DNA from: Felis catus
Lineage: Eukaryota
Reading direction: 5' to 3'
DNA length: 64,000 nucleotides
NCBI RefSeq assembly: GCF_018350175.1
Contig: NC_058368.1
Location: 49,911,815-49,975,814, forward strand
The position numbers and the translations under genes were made by a program. Every line of letters starts with the position of its first letter. The stretch's first letter is position 1. This document shows, piece by piece, positions 12,430-26,025 of the stretch. The notes below the pieces were generated by a model. It was given only the letters and a program-made list of their open reading frames with translations, searched no databases and had not been told where the DNA came from.

Positions 12430-13044
12430 AGAAGTGGTCCACATATTTAAATGTGGCATCCAGATCAGACCAAGTGAGAACTGAAGTGGTTCCATTCAGT
12501 GTAGCCACAGGCTGGTTTTTGATGACCACAGCAAAAGCCCTCTTACTAGAGCCATAACAGCAGAAGCTAAAATGCTGTAGATCGCAGAATGAATGTGACA
12601 TGCAGACATGAAAACACTGAGTATGGATGGTGTTTTAGGGATGTTTGGCTTTGAAGAGAAGATAGGGTAGTCGCTGAAGAAGGGGGCATGGTGAAAGGAG
12701 GGATTTTTTTCTTTTTCGGTTGGTTTGGTTTAGTTGGTTTTTCGATGGGAGAGAACGTTGAGCATGGTTAAATGCTATTGAGAGAAGTTGAATCCACAAC
12801 AGAGAGAGGAGCTGATCAATGGATGGAGCATCATGTCTGTTACAGACTGGGTGCTCAGTGTTTATTAAATAAATGACAAATCCCTTGAGAAGCAGGGAGG
12901 CATTCAATCCAGAAACCAGGTGAAAGGCTTATCTGTAGACAAGAGGTAAGATATCTCTTCCATCAGAAAAGCAAACAAGAGGAAATAAGTGGAGATGCAG
13001 ATCCTTTGGTAGATGTGGTATGAAGAACTAGAGAAATTTCCAAC

Positions 13045-13210
13045 AGTTTCTTGAGTGTCTCTTGATTTCGGCTCAGATCATGATCCCAGGGTCATGGCAT
13101 CAAGCCCTGTGTTGGGCTCCACACTGAATGTGGAACCTGCTTAAGATTTTCTCTCTCCCTCGGCCCCTCTCCCCTACTCGTGCATTCTCTCTCTGGAAAA
13201 TAAACTAAAA
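13045..13210 (+). mobile_element. Older CAN-SINE fragment
   Basis: cttgatttcggctcagatcatgatcccaggg...ctctctc...aaataaa. Confidence 0.75.
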
Positions 13211-14643
13211 ACATTTCCATCAGATGACTTCTATTTTCTCTATTAAATGAAAGATGGGATCATCCGAGGGAAATAAAAGTATATTGGAACCACTGAGAAT
13301 AATGAAAAAGGCCTGTGAAATACTTTCATGCTCTGGAGAGATGCTTCAGAGGAATGCCCCTTTAAGCAACTGCCAGCCTCTGCAGTATATAGTGGATCAT
13401 GAAAAGGGTTGCCCTGCATATACTCCCGGTACTGGGCCTCGGTATTGAATCCGGTCATCTGGCACCTTTACCTTTTCCTCTCTCACTTGAAACTCTAGAC
13501 CACAAACTTCAATAATTGCTCTCTCCTTTATTTTCCTGATAGTGCTCCACCAGATTTGAAACATGATGGCTCCTGGGAGCCCATGGCCTTCCACAGTTCT
13601 GCCTCCCCTCCCCCAGAAAGTGTTACATCGTTCCACCTTGAGGGCATTTCTTACAGTTCATTATGGTACTGAGACCTGCCTACCCAGATACCCACCCAGC
13701 CATCAGGGCACCCACCAGCCTTCAAAGGAGCAAACTGAGCATAACGTATAAGAAGTAGGGTAGGCCCACTTCATTGTCCACATAGTCCCTTCCCACAGAA
13801 CTTGAGTCGTCTTTGGGCAGAGTTACAAGGGCCATAGAAACTTCCCCATAACCCCCTGCTCTAGCCTCCCAAGGGCTTAAACCCTCTACTGTTTCCTGTG
13901 GCTGATGGTGGAAAGGACTTCTCTAAGAAGAGACCCTGCTCAAAAGCTACAGCACTATGATCTTAGCCCATGGCGTCAAAGGAAACCCGATCAGGATATT
14001 CACAGAAAACCTAACAGCCCCCTGAAAGAGAACATAGTCATAAGATGAGTGGTTTTGTTACACAATCAGAGGAACTGCCAAATCTATATAAGGATAAATA
14101 TTATAACCCAGCATGAAAATGGAACAGAAGATTCAGTAAACTATATGTTAATTTGCAGTCCTTACCTAACCAATAAACAACATGTGTATAATGCATTTGC
14201 TTACAAATTTTAGGGAATCTTAAATCAGTTCTCAAAATTTAGCTTCATAGAAAACTTGGCCAAAATAGCTGATTAACTAGCAGTGAGATTACTGAAGAGA
14301 AAATACTGAAAAAGGTGGCCTAGAAAATTCATTTTTAAGCATATGGATTGAAGGACAGGATGAAAGAAATAAAAACTGATGGCTGAGGAGTTAAAAACAA
14401 AACACTCCAGGGAAGCAGTGGGATTTCTTCTGGATTAGTTACTAACTTTCCTCGTCAATTTGCTCTAATATGTGTGGAATAGGTTATTTAGATGAGGCAA
14501 TATTTTTTATGGTTATGGCTACAGCTCTAGAGTAGAATTATTAATCTGTTTTGGATCACTAAACTCTGTACGTACCTTTTATTAAAATTCCACTCCCTTC
14601 TCAGCTACCCATTATGATATTCCATTTTAAAGTAATTCTCCTT

Positions 14644-14778
14644 GGGACATCTGGAGATGTCCAGTCAGTTAAGCTTCTGACTTGGGCTCAGGTCACCATC
14701 TCCCAGTTCATGAGCTCGAGCCCCACGTTGGGCTCTGTGCTTATAGCTCAGAGCCTGGAGCCTGCTTCAGATTCTGTG

Positions 14779-14822
<44 letters not shown>

Positions 14823-14881
14823 CCTCCCCTGCTCACGCTCTGTTTCTCTCTGTTTCTCAAAAATAAAGATTAAAATAAAAT
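14644..14881 (+). mobile_element. CAN-SINE
   Basis: TSD taaagtaattctcctt. Confidence 0.92.
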
Positions 14882-16467
14882 AAAGTAATTCTCCTTTGTT
14901 AAGTGATCCATTGCTTTCCTCAAAAAAAAAAAAAAAAAAGGCAGTGAGAGGCAGATCTCTAAAAGAGATCTTCCTTTTTCCTCTTCTCCTTTTCCTTCTT
15001 CTTCTTACTTTGCAATAACAGAAGGATTCCTGGAATAGGGATGCTAGAAAATCTATCTTTTTGGAGTTCCCCCATTATAAAAGTGTGGGAAAACTGATTT
15101 CATTTTCCAAACAAGCAGTAGAAAAGAATTGTGGCCAAATTTCATGCAAAAAAATATTATGAGAAAAGAAGAAATAAGGAGACTAAAACCCACACACACA
15201 ATGATGAAAACTCTTCAGAAAGATATGCAAACACATTGTGAAACTGTAAAATCTAATATTTCCAAATAAGCTAAAAAATTTTAAGAAAATATAGCAGCCA
15301 TTAAAAAAAGACCCACATAAATTAGCATTAGGAAAACTCAAAAACTGCAAAACAAGAACCTGGGGTTCTAAAGCGGGAAACCAAGATTTCTGCTAATCTT
15401 CTTTCATCTGTCCCTTCAAAGACCAACTGGAACCCATTCATCTCTGGGCTAGCTTGGCCTTTGCCATGGCCCTCAGCAATATAGATATGTCATAGCAGAT
15501 TAAGCACATGATAGCCTTCATTGAACAGGAAGACAATGAGAAAGGAAAAGAGGCAAAGGCAATGCAAAACATTAGAAAGGTGCAATCTCGTGCAAACAAA
15601 AAGACTGAACGTTACAGAATATTATGAAAGGGAAAATGCAGGTTGTGTAGCAGAAGGAAATTTAAATGTCCAACTTGAATCAAGAAAATTTAAAAGTCCT
15701 CTGAGCCAGAAGTGACCTTCTTACTGACCCAAGAAAAGCAAAATAGATGCTCAGTAAGGTGGTAAAAGATACAACCAGACACTGAGTGTTGGAAACACTG
15801 GTCGTCAAGGGTTTATACCAGTTGCTATAGCTTCTAATGACTGTTTGCTGCAGGAATCAGGATCTCCTTCCATTAAAGGCGGCTGAAGTGCAAAAACTTA
15901 GCCCTGTAGACAAAATCCCACGAAAAAGATGCTGAGGTCTAAATTGATCAGAGGCCTACTTGTCTGACTAAATAGCTGGCAGTGTTGAAATCCATGATGA
16001 GGTCACAAAATAAAGGTTTCCAATACCCTAAAAAGCCAGCTGGATCTCTTAGGTTCAGGAATGATGCCAGAAATACGGTGAGCCTTGTTTGGCATGAATA
16101 GCAACAGAAAGGTTTTGGATTAAGCCTTTGGGAGGTGGAGCTTTCTCCACTGCATGTAACTATAATAATAAAGCATCTGATATTTGAAAAAAACAGGATT
16201 TTCTAGGTCACTTCCTTTTTGATGTTCTGATATAGTTCTCTATTCATTAGTGGAATACCTCTTCCATAGCTATTGCCTTTGTTCTAATCATTAACATGGG
16301 GAGAAAGATGCCCTTGAAATACAGGAACATGCCTCCAATTCTAGAAGTAATGCAACTTTCAGGGGTTCTGAGCATGAGGTAGAGGAGATCAGACAATGGT
16401 TGTATGACTTTCATCCAGTTTTCTGCCCTTTTTCTACTTCCAGAGATCTAATTCAGAGAATTTTACG

Positions 16468-17145
16468 TGAGACAGACCAGGGACTAGACTTGAGTCCCCT
16501 CAGTCCTGACCACAAAATCCAGTGTTCCTGGACAGCTGAAACCCTATGCCTGTTGAGTAGCATGTTTGCAGATACGCAGAAGCAGGCTGCTTCCCAAAGA
16601 AGGGATTCTACTAGGAAGACTGGCAAAGACCCAAGCAAACCAGTCTGCACGAAGGTGGACTCCAGTGCTGCCCTTTCACCTATTTGTTCCCTCATTACAA
16701 TACAAAAAATCACTCCCAGAGGTGGGGATTTAACACGCTAATGAGACATGTGGTACATGATGAAGCATGTTTTGTCCGCTGTACCTACATGCTTAGATGT
16801 CACTCCTTTCCCACATCAGTTTCTTTAAAACCTTGCCTCAGCCTTTGTTTGGAGAGGCAGCATGAAGGACCCTTTTGTTTGTGCTATGTCCCTTGCAGGG
16901 GAGCCCAAGCCCTAATAAAAGCCTTGCCTGGACTCTGGGCTGATGGCTCGGAGCCTGGAGCCTGTTTCCGATTCTGTGTCTCCCTCTCTCTCTGCCCCTC
17001 CCCCGTTCATGCTCTGTCTCTCTCTGTCCCCCAAAAAATAAATAAAAAAAAATAAAAAAATAAAAAAAGCCTTGCCTGGAAACTCCAGCTTGGCCTCTAG
17101 TAAATTTCTATTGCTTGGAGAGCCCAAGGTCCTGAGTGGGTGACA
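16468..17145 (+). mobile_element. Solo LTR (ERV1-like) inserted in the pseudogene 3' UTR
   Basis: TG...CA termini, near-TSD tacg/taag, internal AATAAA at ~16914. Confidence 0.65.
16933..17064 (+). mobile_element. 5'-truncated young felid SINE inside the LTR
   Basis: Perfect 16-bp TSD aaaagccttgcctgga (16917-16932 and 17065-17080). Confidence 0.93.
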
Positions 17146-17269
17146 TAAGTACCTTTAAGTCTCTGCTCTTTTGATTTAAAATGCATGTGGCAAGCATTCA
17201 TTATTGCAGTAGTAGCTTCGCTGTTATTTGGGCCTAGTAGTTTTCCTCATAAGTAAATGTGAAACAGGT

Positions 17270-17726
17270 TTATGTGAGGAGAAAAATGAAAAAACTCAGG
17301 ACATAACTAAATATTTCTTAACAAAGCATAAACAAGAAGGAACATAGAGCATATAAAAGCAACAAATAGTATCTTAACAGAAATAGAACTATAAGAGAAG
17401 AAAAATGCTAAAAATCAAACAGAAATGAAGGAAAGGGTGAAAAGGATTTGAAAGTAACAGATAAAGAAGACAAAGAAAGTTCCTACATATGTATATCCAG
17501 AAATACCCAAAGAAGAGAACCACAGCAATAGAACAGAACAAATGTGAAAATAATCTAAGAAACTTTTCCTGACCAAAAAAAAAAAAAAAAAAAAACAAAA
17601 CCCAAAAAGAAACCTGGAAAATCTATTGAAAAGCAAATCATGTGCCTGAAAAAACTGACCCCAAAATGGCCGACATCAAGAATTATTCTAGTAAGATGAA
17701 TGAATTTTAAATGCTTATTTATTTAT

Positions 17727-17762
<36 letters not shown>

Positions 17763-18260
17763 AGCAGGGGAGGAGCAGAGACAGAGAGGTAGAGAGAGAG
17801 AATCCCAAGCAGGCTCTGTACTGTCAGCAAAGAGCCTGACACGGGGCTCAATCCCATGAACCATGAGATCATTACCTGAGCCAAAATCAAGTCAGATGCT
17901 TAACTGACTGAACGACTTATACACCCCACTAATGAATTTTAAAGAATAACTTTAAATATTTTTTTATATCAAGGAAAAAAACCCAAAAACAAAAATGCAA
18001 TCACTTATAAGAGAAATGATATCAATTGCCAGATCTTTCTACCTCAACCCTTTATGGGTTAAAGATAGTGACATATTTAACACACTCAAGGCAAGAAAAT
18101 GTGACCTAAGGGTTCTGTACCATGCAAACTTATATTCAAGTATAAAGACCATAGACAAATTGTTATGAACATTCGTGAACTAAAGAAATATTGTTTCCAT
18201 GCCCCTTCCTAAGATATCTACCGGAGAATAAGCTTCCAACAACCAAAATGACTAGACAGA
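17270..18260 (+). mobile_element. Old L1 ORF1 remnant, interrupted by a CAN-SINE at ~17708-17927 (minus)
   Basis: Degenerate ITYK...DFSTSTL...IFNTLK...RVLYHAKL-type ORF1 motifs near 18000-18150. Confidence 0.6.
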
Positions 18261-18769
18261 CATCAACATCAGGACTGGTGGGAACCATTACATATATATT
18301 GACTTATGGAACTAAGACAAAATAATGGATACAAAGGACAGGGTATAATATGTTATTGGTCATATGCTCTAATGAGGTGGAGAGTACAATTATCAAACAT
18401 AGGAGGAGGGGGTGTGAAATGGGGAGAACATATGAAAAGTAGAACAGGCAAGCTGACTGCCTTATAGTTATTACCTGAAAATAAGAAGATATTACTTCAC
18501 ATCAGATGCTGGGATAGAGTAAGAGGAGGAAGGAAGAAAAGGTGGTCAACCAATTTTGATTATTTCTCATAGTAGATAATAGAAAATTACTAAGGGTACA
18601 ACATAATGGTATTAGTATACAAGCAGCCATCCAAGCAAAACCAAAAATTTTACCAGTAAAAGAAAAGCTGGGGGGGGGGGGGATGGAAGGGGAGAGGAAA
18701 CAAAGATTATTTGTACAGAGCGCTTAATATGTATCTATTAATATAATATAAAGATAATATGGCAGTATG

Positions 18770-19710
18770 AGAGCCCTTGCCAGAGCAATTAGGCAAGAAA
18801 TCGAAATGAAAGCCATCAAAAATTGGAAGGAAAGAAGTAAAACTGTTATTTGCAGATTAAATGATATTATACATAGAAAATCCTAAAGACTCCATCAAAA
18901 AACTATTTGAACTAATAAAAGAATTCAGTAACATTGCAGGATACAAAAGTAATATACAAAACTCTGTTGCATTTTTATGCACTAATAATGAACTATCAGA
19001 AAAAGAAATTAAGAAAACAATCTCATTTGCAGTTTCTTCAAAAAAGAATCAAATACCTAGGGATAAATTTAACCAAGGAGGTGATAAACTTATACATTGA
19101 AAACTGTAAGACATTAATGAAAGAAGTTGAAGAAAGCATAAATAAATGGGAAGATATTCCATGCTCAAGGATTAGAATAATTAATATTGTTAAAATGTAA
19201 TACTGACCAAAGCAATCTACAGATTCAGTGCAATTTTTATCGAAATTCCAACAGCATTTTTCACAGAAATACACAAACAATCCTAAAATTTGATATGGAA
19301 CCACAAAAGATCCTGAACAGTCAAAACAATCTTGAGAAAGAACACATCATGCCCCTTGATTTCAAACTACTACAAAGCTATAGTAATCAAAACAGCATGG
19401 TATTGGCATAAAAACAGATATGAAGATCAATGGAACAGAATAGGGACACCAGAAATAAACCCACATCCATATGGTCAATTAACAAAGGAGGCAAGAATAT
19501 AAAATGGGAAAGGGACAATCTCTTCAATACATGGTACTGGGAAAACTGGACAGCCACATGAACAAAGAATAAAGCTGGACCAGAATCTTACACCATACAC
19601 AAAAATGAACTCATAATGGATTAAAGATTTGAACCTAAGACCCATAACCATAAACCTAACACCCCTAGAAGAAAACATAGATGGTAAGCTTCTGCAGTTC
19701 TTTTCTTGAT
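18770..19710 (+). mobile_element. L1 ORF2 fragment (RT / C-terminal region)
   Basis: [50 protein letters not shown], in shifted frames. Confidence 0.93.
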
Positions 19711-20380
19711 AGTAACAGTTTTTTAAAAAGGCACATCTTAAATATTCCTTTGCCCTTTCCCCTGGCATAGGAATGTGAAATACAATAAGACATGTAAGTG
19801 CTTTTCTTTCATCAGTGTTCCTCATGTGCTGAAATAGTAACTAGCCAAAGACGAATAGCTACTTTCTTCTAGGGGCACTTGTAATTCAAAAGAACATAAA
19901 TCAAAGTCAAGTTAATCAAGCTATGCAATCCATTATATTTAGTATTTCTTTGTGCTATGAAATAGTGGTTAAATCCACAGCTGGAATACCCCCTTATCAA
20001 ATAAAGACCCTAGTAAAATCAGCGTACTTGTTTGAGAATGACACATGAAATTATAAAATTCCATTTAACCTATTTCACACGTAAGAAGTTTCTTATTCAA
20101 ATTCGAAAACGTAATATTTAAGTTCCGAAGTTCTTGATCAGTGAATTCTTAATCAGTATAGTAGAGTATATAGGCTAAATTTACACTAGCATCATTCATT
20201 ACTTGAGAACTAATAAAATTAATGAACTAGCACTAAAGCAGGTAGATTATTTCTTTAGGCAAATATATAAGGAGCTTTATAATAAGTTATTTCCAGAGTG
20301 TTTAGATAAGTTTAATTATCTGGGTGTGGAAAAAAAGTTAACATAGCAGTCCTAACTGCTTATACTTTAAAAATCCTTCT

Positions 20381-20597
20381 TGGGGACACCTGGGTCACAT
20401 AGTCAGTTAAGCTTCCGACTTTGGCTCAGGTCATGATCTCACTATCTTTGAGTTTGAGCCCTGCATCAGGCTCTCTGCTGAGAGCTCAGAGCCTGGAGCC
20501 TGCTTCAGATTCTGTGTCTCCCTCTCTCTTTGCCCCTTCCCCACTCACGCTCTGTTTCTCTCTCCAAAAAATAAAGAATAAAAACATTTAAAAAATT
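20381..20597 (+). mobile_element. CAN-SINE
   Basis: Head, CT tract and tail; TSD aaaaatcct(t/c)ctt. Confidence 0.9.
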
Positions 20598-20609
20598 AAA
20601 AATCCTCCT

Positions 20610-21088
20610 TATAGTGTTGGCCCTTAGTTGGCATCTGGGCACATGGATTTCAAGAAGCTTCCTACCACTAACTGGTATGAGTGGTTCAGTGTCTAAACTG
20701 TTTGTACAAACAAGATCATCTTCTGCTTTTCTTCTAAGAGATTGAAATTTAGGTATGTGCAAGACAGGGAGTAATATGATCAGACCCCAATAGAAACCCT
20801 GGGTGTTCAATCTCTAATGAGTTTCCCTGATTGGCAACATTTCCCACAATTTGTCCCACCTTGTTGTTTGAAGAATTAAGCTCATCCTGTGTGACTCCAC
20901 TGGAAAAGGAATCTTGAAAGTTTACATCTGGTTTACTTAGCCCCATGTCCCTTTTCTCTTTGCTGGTTATGCTCTGTATCCTTTCACTATAATAAATCAT
21001 AACCATGAGTATAACTACACGCTGAGTCCTGGGAGTTCTCCTAAGGAATTACCAAAACTCAGAATGATCTTGAGGACTCCCAACACAA
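20610..21088 (+). mobile_element. MER21-like LTR fragment
   Basis: 3' end aataaatcataaccatgagtataactacacgctgagtcctgggagttctcc...ccaacaca resembles MER21. Confidence 0.6.
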
Positions 21089-21601
21089 TCCCCTAATCTA
21101 CTTTTACAAGAATCATTCAATTTGATGATTAGTTGTGTATACCTCAATATAGGAAATGACTTCTACAGGCATTACTAATGAAAATGTAGGGATTCCCTAA
21201 GCACTACAAATCAAGAAATCTACACAATTGATTTTAATTGTAACTTAAGAGTTTGGTTACAGTGGTGTAACCAATGTTATGAACCATTGGTAAGAAATTC
21301 TCTTTCAGCTGTTGTCAGGATGTTATCTAAGATGACATCCTGACATTCTAGAGTGCCCTCTATTAGGTGGGAGCCCAGGGCAAAATTCAGATCTCTTTTG
21401 ACTAAATTATGCTTACCTTGAACTGTATGTTTTGCTTTTATTATATAGCGACTCTAATGAGTGGTTGAGGGTTTTTTGTTGTTTTTTTTTTAAACTAGAA
21501 AACTAATAGTCAAATTACAATCCAGTCTAAACCACTGTACAAGATAGTATCTTATACATATTTCTCTGCACTAAACTCAGCTATACTATTTTCTGACTCG
21601 T

Positions 21602-21819
21602 ATTTTTTTTAAGTTTATTTATTTTGAGAAAGAGAGAGAGAGAGAGACAGTGCAAGTGGGGGAAGGGCAGAGAGAGAGAGAGGTAGAGAGAATCCCAAGC
21701 AGACTCTACACTGCCTGCACAGAGCCTGACGTGGGACTCGAACCCATAAATCATGACATCATGACCTGAGCCGAAACCAAGAGTCAGATGCTTAACCGAC
21801 TGAGCCACCCAGGCGCCCC
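21602..21819 (-). mobile_element. CAN-SINE
   Basis: TSD ttttctgactcgtattttt. Confidence 0.92.
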
Positions 21820-22457
21820 TGTTTTCTGACTCGTATTTTTAACATGACCTAAATTCCTCAGTATTTTTCTAACTCCTTTACTGTTTATATTACTGCCAGA
21901 CATTTCAAAACTTTTCAGATGAGGCATGCAGGAAGGAACTTTTCAGATAAGCTGTACAGGAAGGGAGAAAAGAAGTACTGAATCTGTAAAACATCCAAAG
22001 AAAGATTAGTGGGAAAAAAACGGCAAGCAGTTAACACTGGAAAATGGGAACCAAAGACTGAAAATTCTAAGTGATTAAACACTTTTAAAATCAAGGCAGC
22101 ATGTTGGAAGTTTCATTTCCTTTAAATAAATATGACTATTTTACCTTTTTTCCTCATAAATCTGATACTTATGTTAACTTGTCAACAGCAGAATATATGA
22201 AGACACTTGGGTTTATGCTTGAACTCAAGGCAATTCCCTTTTGGAAACTAAAAGTTCATTAATACATATTCCAACTTAAGAATACATTTTCTTTTTCTCA
22301 AAAGTTTACATACATTTAAGAGCAAGTGTTTGAAACTTGGAACACATTTTTCCACAGAAATGTTATTACAAACAGTGGTTAATTCCCAGGCATCCCAGTA
22401 AACTCAATAAACTCATAAAGAACAAAAGTAGACATTTGTAATGAAAATGGTATAAAC

Positions 22458-23255
22458 ATGAAAAGATGCTCAACGTCACTCCTCATCAGGGAAATACAAA
22501 TCAAAACCACACTGAGATACCACCTCACCCCAGTCAGAGTGGCTAAAATGAACAAATCAGGAGACTATAGATGCTGGAGAGGATGTGGAGAAACGGGAAC
22601 CCTCTTGCACTGTTGGTGGGAATGCAAATTGGTGCAGCCACTCTGGAAAACGGTGTGAAGGTTCCTCACAAAATTAAAAATAGACCTACCCTATGACCCA
22701 GCAATAGCACTGCTAGGAATTTACCCAAGGGTTACAGCAGTGCTGATGCATAGGGGCACTTGTACCCCAATGTTGATAGCAGCACTTTCAACAAGAGCCA
22801 AATTATGGAAAGAGCCTAAATGTCCATCAACTGATGAACGGATAAAGATGTGGTTTATATATACAATGGAATACTACTTGGCAATGAGAAAGAATGAAAT
22901 CTGACCATTTGTAGCAACGTGGATGGAACTGGAGAGTATTAATGCTAAGTGAAATATGTCAGGCAGAGAAAGATAACATATTTTTTCACTCATATGTGGA
23001 TCCTGAGAAACTTAACAGAAGACCAGGGGGGAGTGAAAGGGGGGGAAAAAAGTTACAGAGAGGGAAGGAGGCACACCATAAGGGACTCTTAAATACTGAG
23101 AACAAACTGAGGGTTGATGGGGGATGGGGGAGAGGGGAAAGTGGGTGATGGGCATTGAGGGCACCTGTTGGGATGAGCACTGGGTGTTGTATGGAAACCA
23201 ATTTGACAATAAATTATATATAAAAAAATAAATGAACACTTAAAAAATAAACGTT
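22458..23255 (+). mobile_element. 5'-truncated carnivore L1 3' end
   Basis: [66 protein letters not shown], then 3' UTR and A-rich tail. Confidence 0.93.
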
Positions 23256-24129
23256 AAAAAATAGTGTAAAACCCTACTATGAAAGAAACCTTGCCTTTTA
23301 AATTCAAAAGTTAAAATTAAACATGCAATTTAAATTGAAAATAGCATAACCAATGTTACACAGTGAGCAGGGCCTCACTTTGGGCTTCTGCATATCCTTA
23401 AACATTGCAAATGGGGAGGGAGAAGTGGAAGATTTTGAACTCAGGTGGGTGGGCCTTGGAGAGACCCTATGCACAGTCTGGAAAGGAAAGTACGTTGTAT
23501 TTACCCAGACTGGGGTGGGGGTGGTTTCTACTCTGATTTCTGGGAGTACAATGATGTTGGTACACCATAGGAGAGTAAAAGGGATGGAAAGGGGATTTTG
23601 GCTTCTCAAAATCCTAGAATCATTAACATGCTACTATCTAGAGCCGGGGTAACAGGGTGTATCTCTGGGCTGCTGGTAAGCATGAATGACCAGTTGGCTA
23701 ACTCTTCAAGCAGGGGGGACCTAAGTACCCAGGTGGGTAGCCGCAGGCTGTGGATCTGGGCATCTCTAGCAGAGAAGCAACGTGGATTCACACAGGAGAC
23801 CTGTGAAAATGCTGACGGTGTGAAGAAGACATAAATAACCAACATGGAAGATCAGAAGAGGAGACAAAAGTGTAAGAGGTGTTTCCTGCGTGGCGCCAGC
23901 CGACGTTAGCCCCAACTGGGCTCAACGTCTCTAAAACATGGCTAGGCCTGTGTTTGATGTATTTCAGGTTTGTCTATCCTGGTTTGGGGAGGCACTTCAC
24001 AAGTAATCCTCATTCTAAACACTACACATTTGTTAAATTAAAATAAGAAAATATTATACCATAAAAAGAATTATAAGAATTTTTCAAAAGCATATTTAAA
24101 ACAAATATTTTTAAAACTCCTGTATTTTT

Positions 24130-24310
24130 GGGGCACCTGGGTGGCACAGTCGGCTAAGCGTCTGACTCTTGATTTTGGCTCAGGTCATAGTCTCATAGTT
24201 CATGAGTTCAAGCCCTGCGTCAGGCTCTGTGCAGACAGCATGGAGGCTGCTTGGGATTCTTTGTCTCTCTGCCCTGCCCCGCCACCTCTCTCAAAAATAA
24301 ACATTTTTTT
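24130..24310 (+). mobile_element. CAN-SINE
   Basis: ggggcacctgggtggcacagtcgg head, tail aaaaataa. Confidence 0.9.
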
Positions 24311-24334
24311 TAAAAATCTTATGTTTTCAAGTAT

Positions 24335-24539
24335 TTAAAAAAATTTTTTTAATGTTTATTTTTGAGAGAGACAGCATGAGTGGGGAAGGGGCAGAGAGAG
24401 GGAGACACAGAATCCAAAGCAGGCTCCAGGCTCTGAGCTGTCAGCACAGAGCCCCACGTGGGGCTCAAACTCACGAACCGCGATAGCATGACCTGAGCCC
24501 AAGTCGGACACTTAACTGACTGAACCACCCAGGTGCCCC
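24335..24539 (-). mobile_element. CAN-SINE, tail-to-tail with the previous copy
   Basis: SINE body ending ccacccaggtgcccc. Confidence 0.9.
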
Positions 24540-25144
24540 TCCAGTATTTTTTTTTAAACCATACTTATTTATCATGAACCATAAACTTAAACAAAATAAA
24601 TTTTTTAACTTGCTCTTTCTCCCCCTCTCCAGACACCCTCTCCACTAATGCATACAAGCTGGTAGACATCCTTCTGTACGTTTGTAATTTTCCACTAAGT
24701 ATTCAAATACATATGAATTTGAATAATTCATTTTTTATGACACAAAAATATGTACTAATAATATCTCAAAAGCAAATCTTAGTAGATGTATGATATGCCA
24801 TATAGCATAGGGAGGCCAAATTTATTTAACCATTCATTTATTGACAGGTATTCACTTTTTTCCTTTGTTTTGCATTTTTGCCACTGGAAATACTACAAGA
24901 AAATTCTTTATACATGTATTTTCTGTTATTCAAGTTTATGCTCACTCACCCCAAATATCTCACCAGCTTATGACAATAAAAGTTGGCTTCTGGTTCCCAC
25001 CACTGCCTAACTCAAGGTGGGCTATTATTACGAGGCATTTGCCTCCAGTAGTGATTCAGGGATCCATCTTACGGTTTTGCTATCTTAGAGTCCTTCATTT
25101 CCAGCAGGAAGGATGTGAGAGAACTTGGAAGATGAGAAGGATTT

Positions 25145-25593
25145 TTTTAACTAAAATTCTTTATTTCAGTGTACTGACACAATGTTACATTAGTTTCAGG
25201 CGTCGAACATAGTGACTTGACAAGTCTGTATGCTACGCCATTTTCACAAGTGTAGCTACCATCTGTCACCATACGATCTCATTGACTATTCCTTATGTTG
25301 TGCCTTTTATTCCTGTGACTTAATCATTCTGTAACGAGAAGCCTGTATCTTCCACTCCCCTTCCCCCATTTTGCCCATCACCACCTTCCCTCTCCTCTAG
25401 CAGCCATCAGATAGTTCCTTGTATTTACAGGTCTGATTCTGCTGTTTATTCATCTGTTATGCTTTTTAGGTTCCACATCTGAATGAAATCATATATTTGT
25501 CTTTTTCAGTCTTATTTCACTTAGCAGAATACCCTCTAGGACCATCCATTGTTGTCACAAATGGCACAATCTCCTATTTTATGGCTGCATAAT

Positions 25594-25647
<54 letters not shown>

Positions 25648-26025
25648 TATCCATTTGTCTACTGACAGACACTTGGGTTGCTTCCATATTTTGACTATTG
25701 TAAATCATGCTGAAATAAACATAGGGGTGCGTATATCTTTTCAAATTAATGTTTTCATTTTCTGTGGGTAAATACCCAGAATTATTGCATTATATGGTGT
25801 TCCTATCTTAAATTTTTTGAGGAATTTCCATACCGTTTTCCACAGTGGTCATCCCAGTTTATATTCCTACCAGTGGTGAGTGGGAGTTCCTTCTTCACAT
25901 CTTCATCACTTGTTATTGTCTTTTTGATGTTAGTCTTTCTGACAGGTGTGATATCTCGTTGTGATTTTGATTTGCATTTCCCTGATGATTACCAATTTTG
26001 AGCATTTTTCATATATCTGTTGGCC
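25145..26025 (-). mobile_element. L1 3' end (L1MA/L1_Carn-like) containing a (CA)n at ~25597-25645, inserted in an MLT1-like LTR
   Basis: ttatttcacttagcagaataccctctagg and ttttccacagtggt motifs; gaagatgag...ggattt flanks. Confidence 0.85.

Larger units (their letters stand above)
15358..17262 (+). pseudogene. Processed pseudogene of V-ATPase subunit E1 (ATP6V1E1-like); former CDS 15466-16123, with UTR remnants
   Basis: Intronless MALSNIDMS*QIKHMIAFIEQEDNEK...LSKVVKDTTR...ALFGMNSNRKVLD* with stops and frameshifts; LSKVVKDTTR and the C-terminus fit E1 rather than E2; 3' UTR-like sequence resumes after an LTR insertion. Confidence 0.9.

Noticed and set aside
23876..23897. tggcgccacgcaggaaac (minus strand) as a retroviral tRNA-Lys primer-binding site
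   Set aside because: Only the first 7 nt fit, and no adjacent LTR end or gag sequence is recognisable
23902..23929. Bulged hairpin gacgtt-agccc-caact-gggct-c-aacgtc resembling an iron-responsive element
   Set aside because: Neither strand has a CAGUGN loop with a 5' C bulge, and it is not in a known transcript
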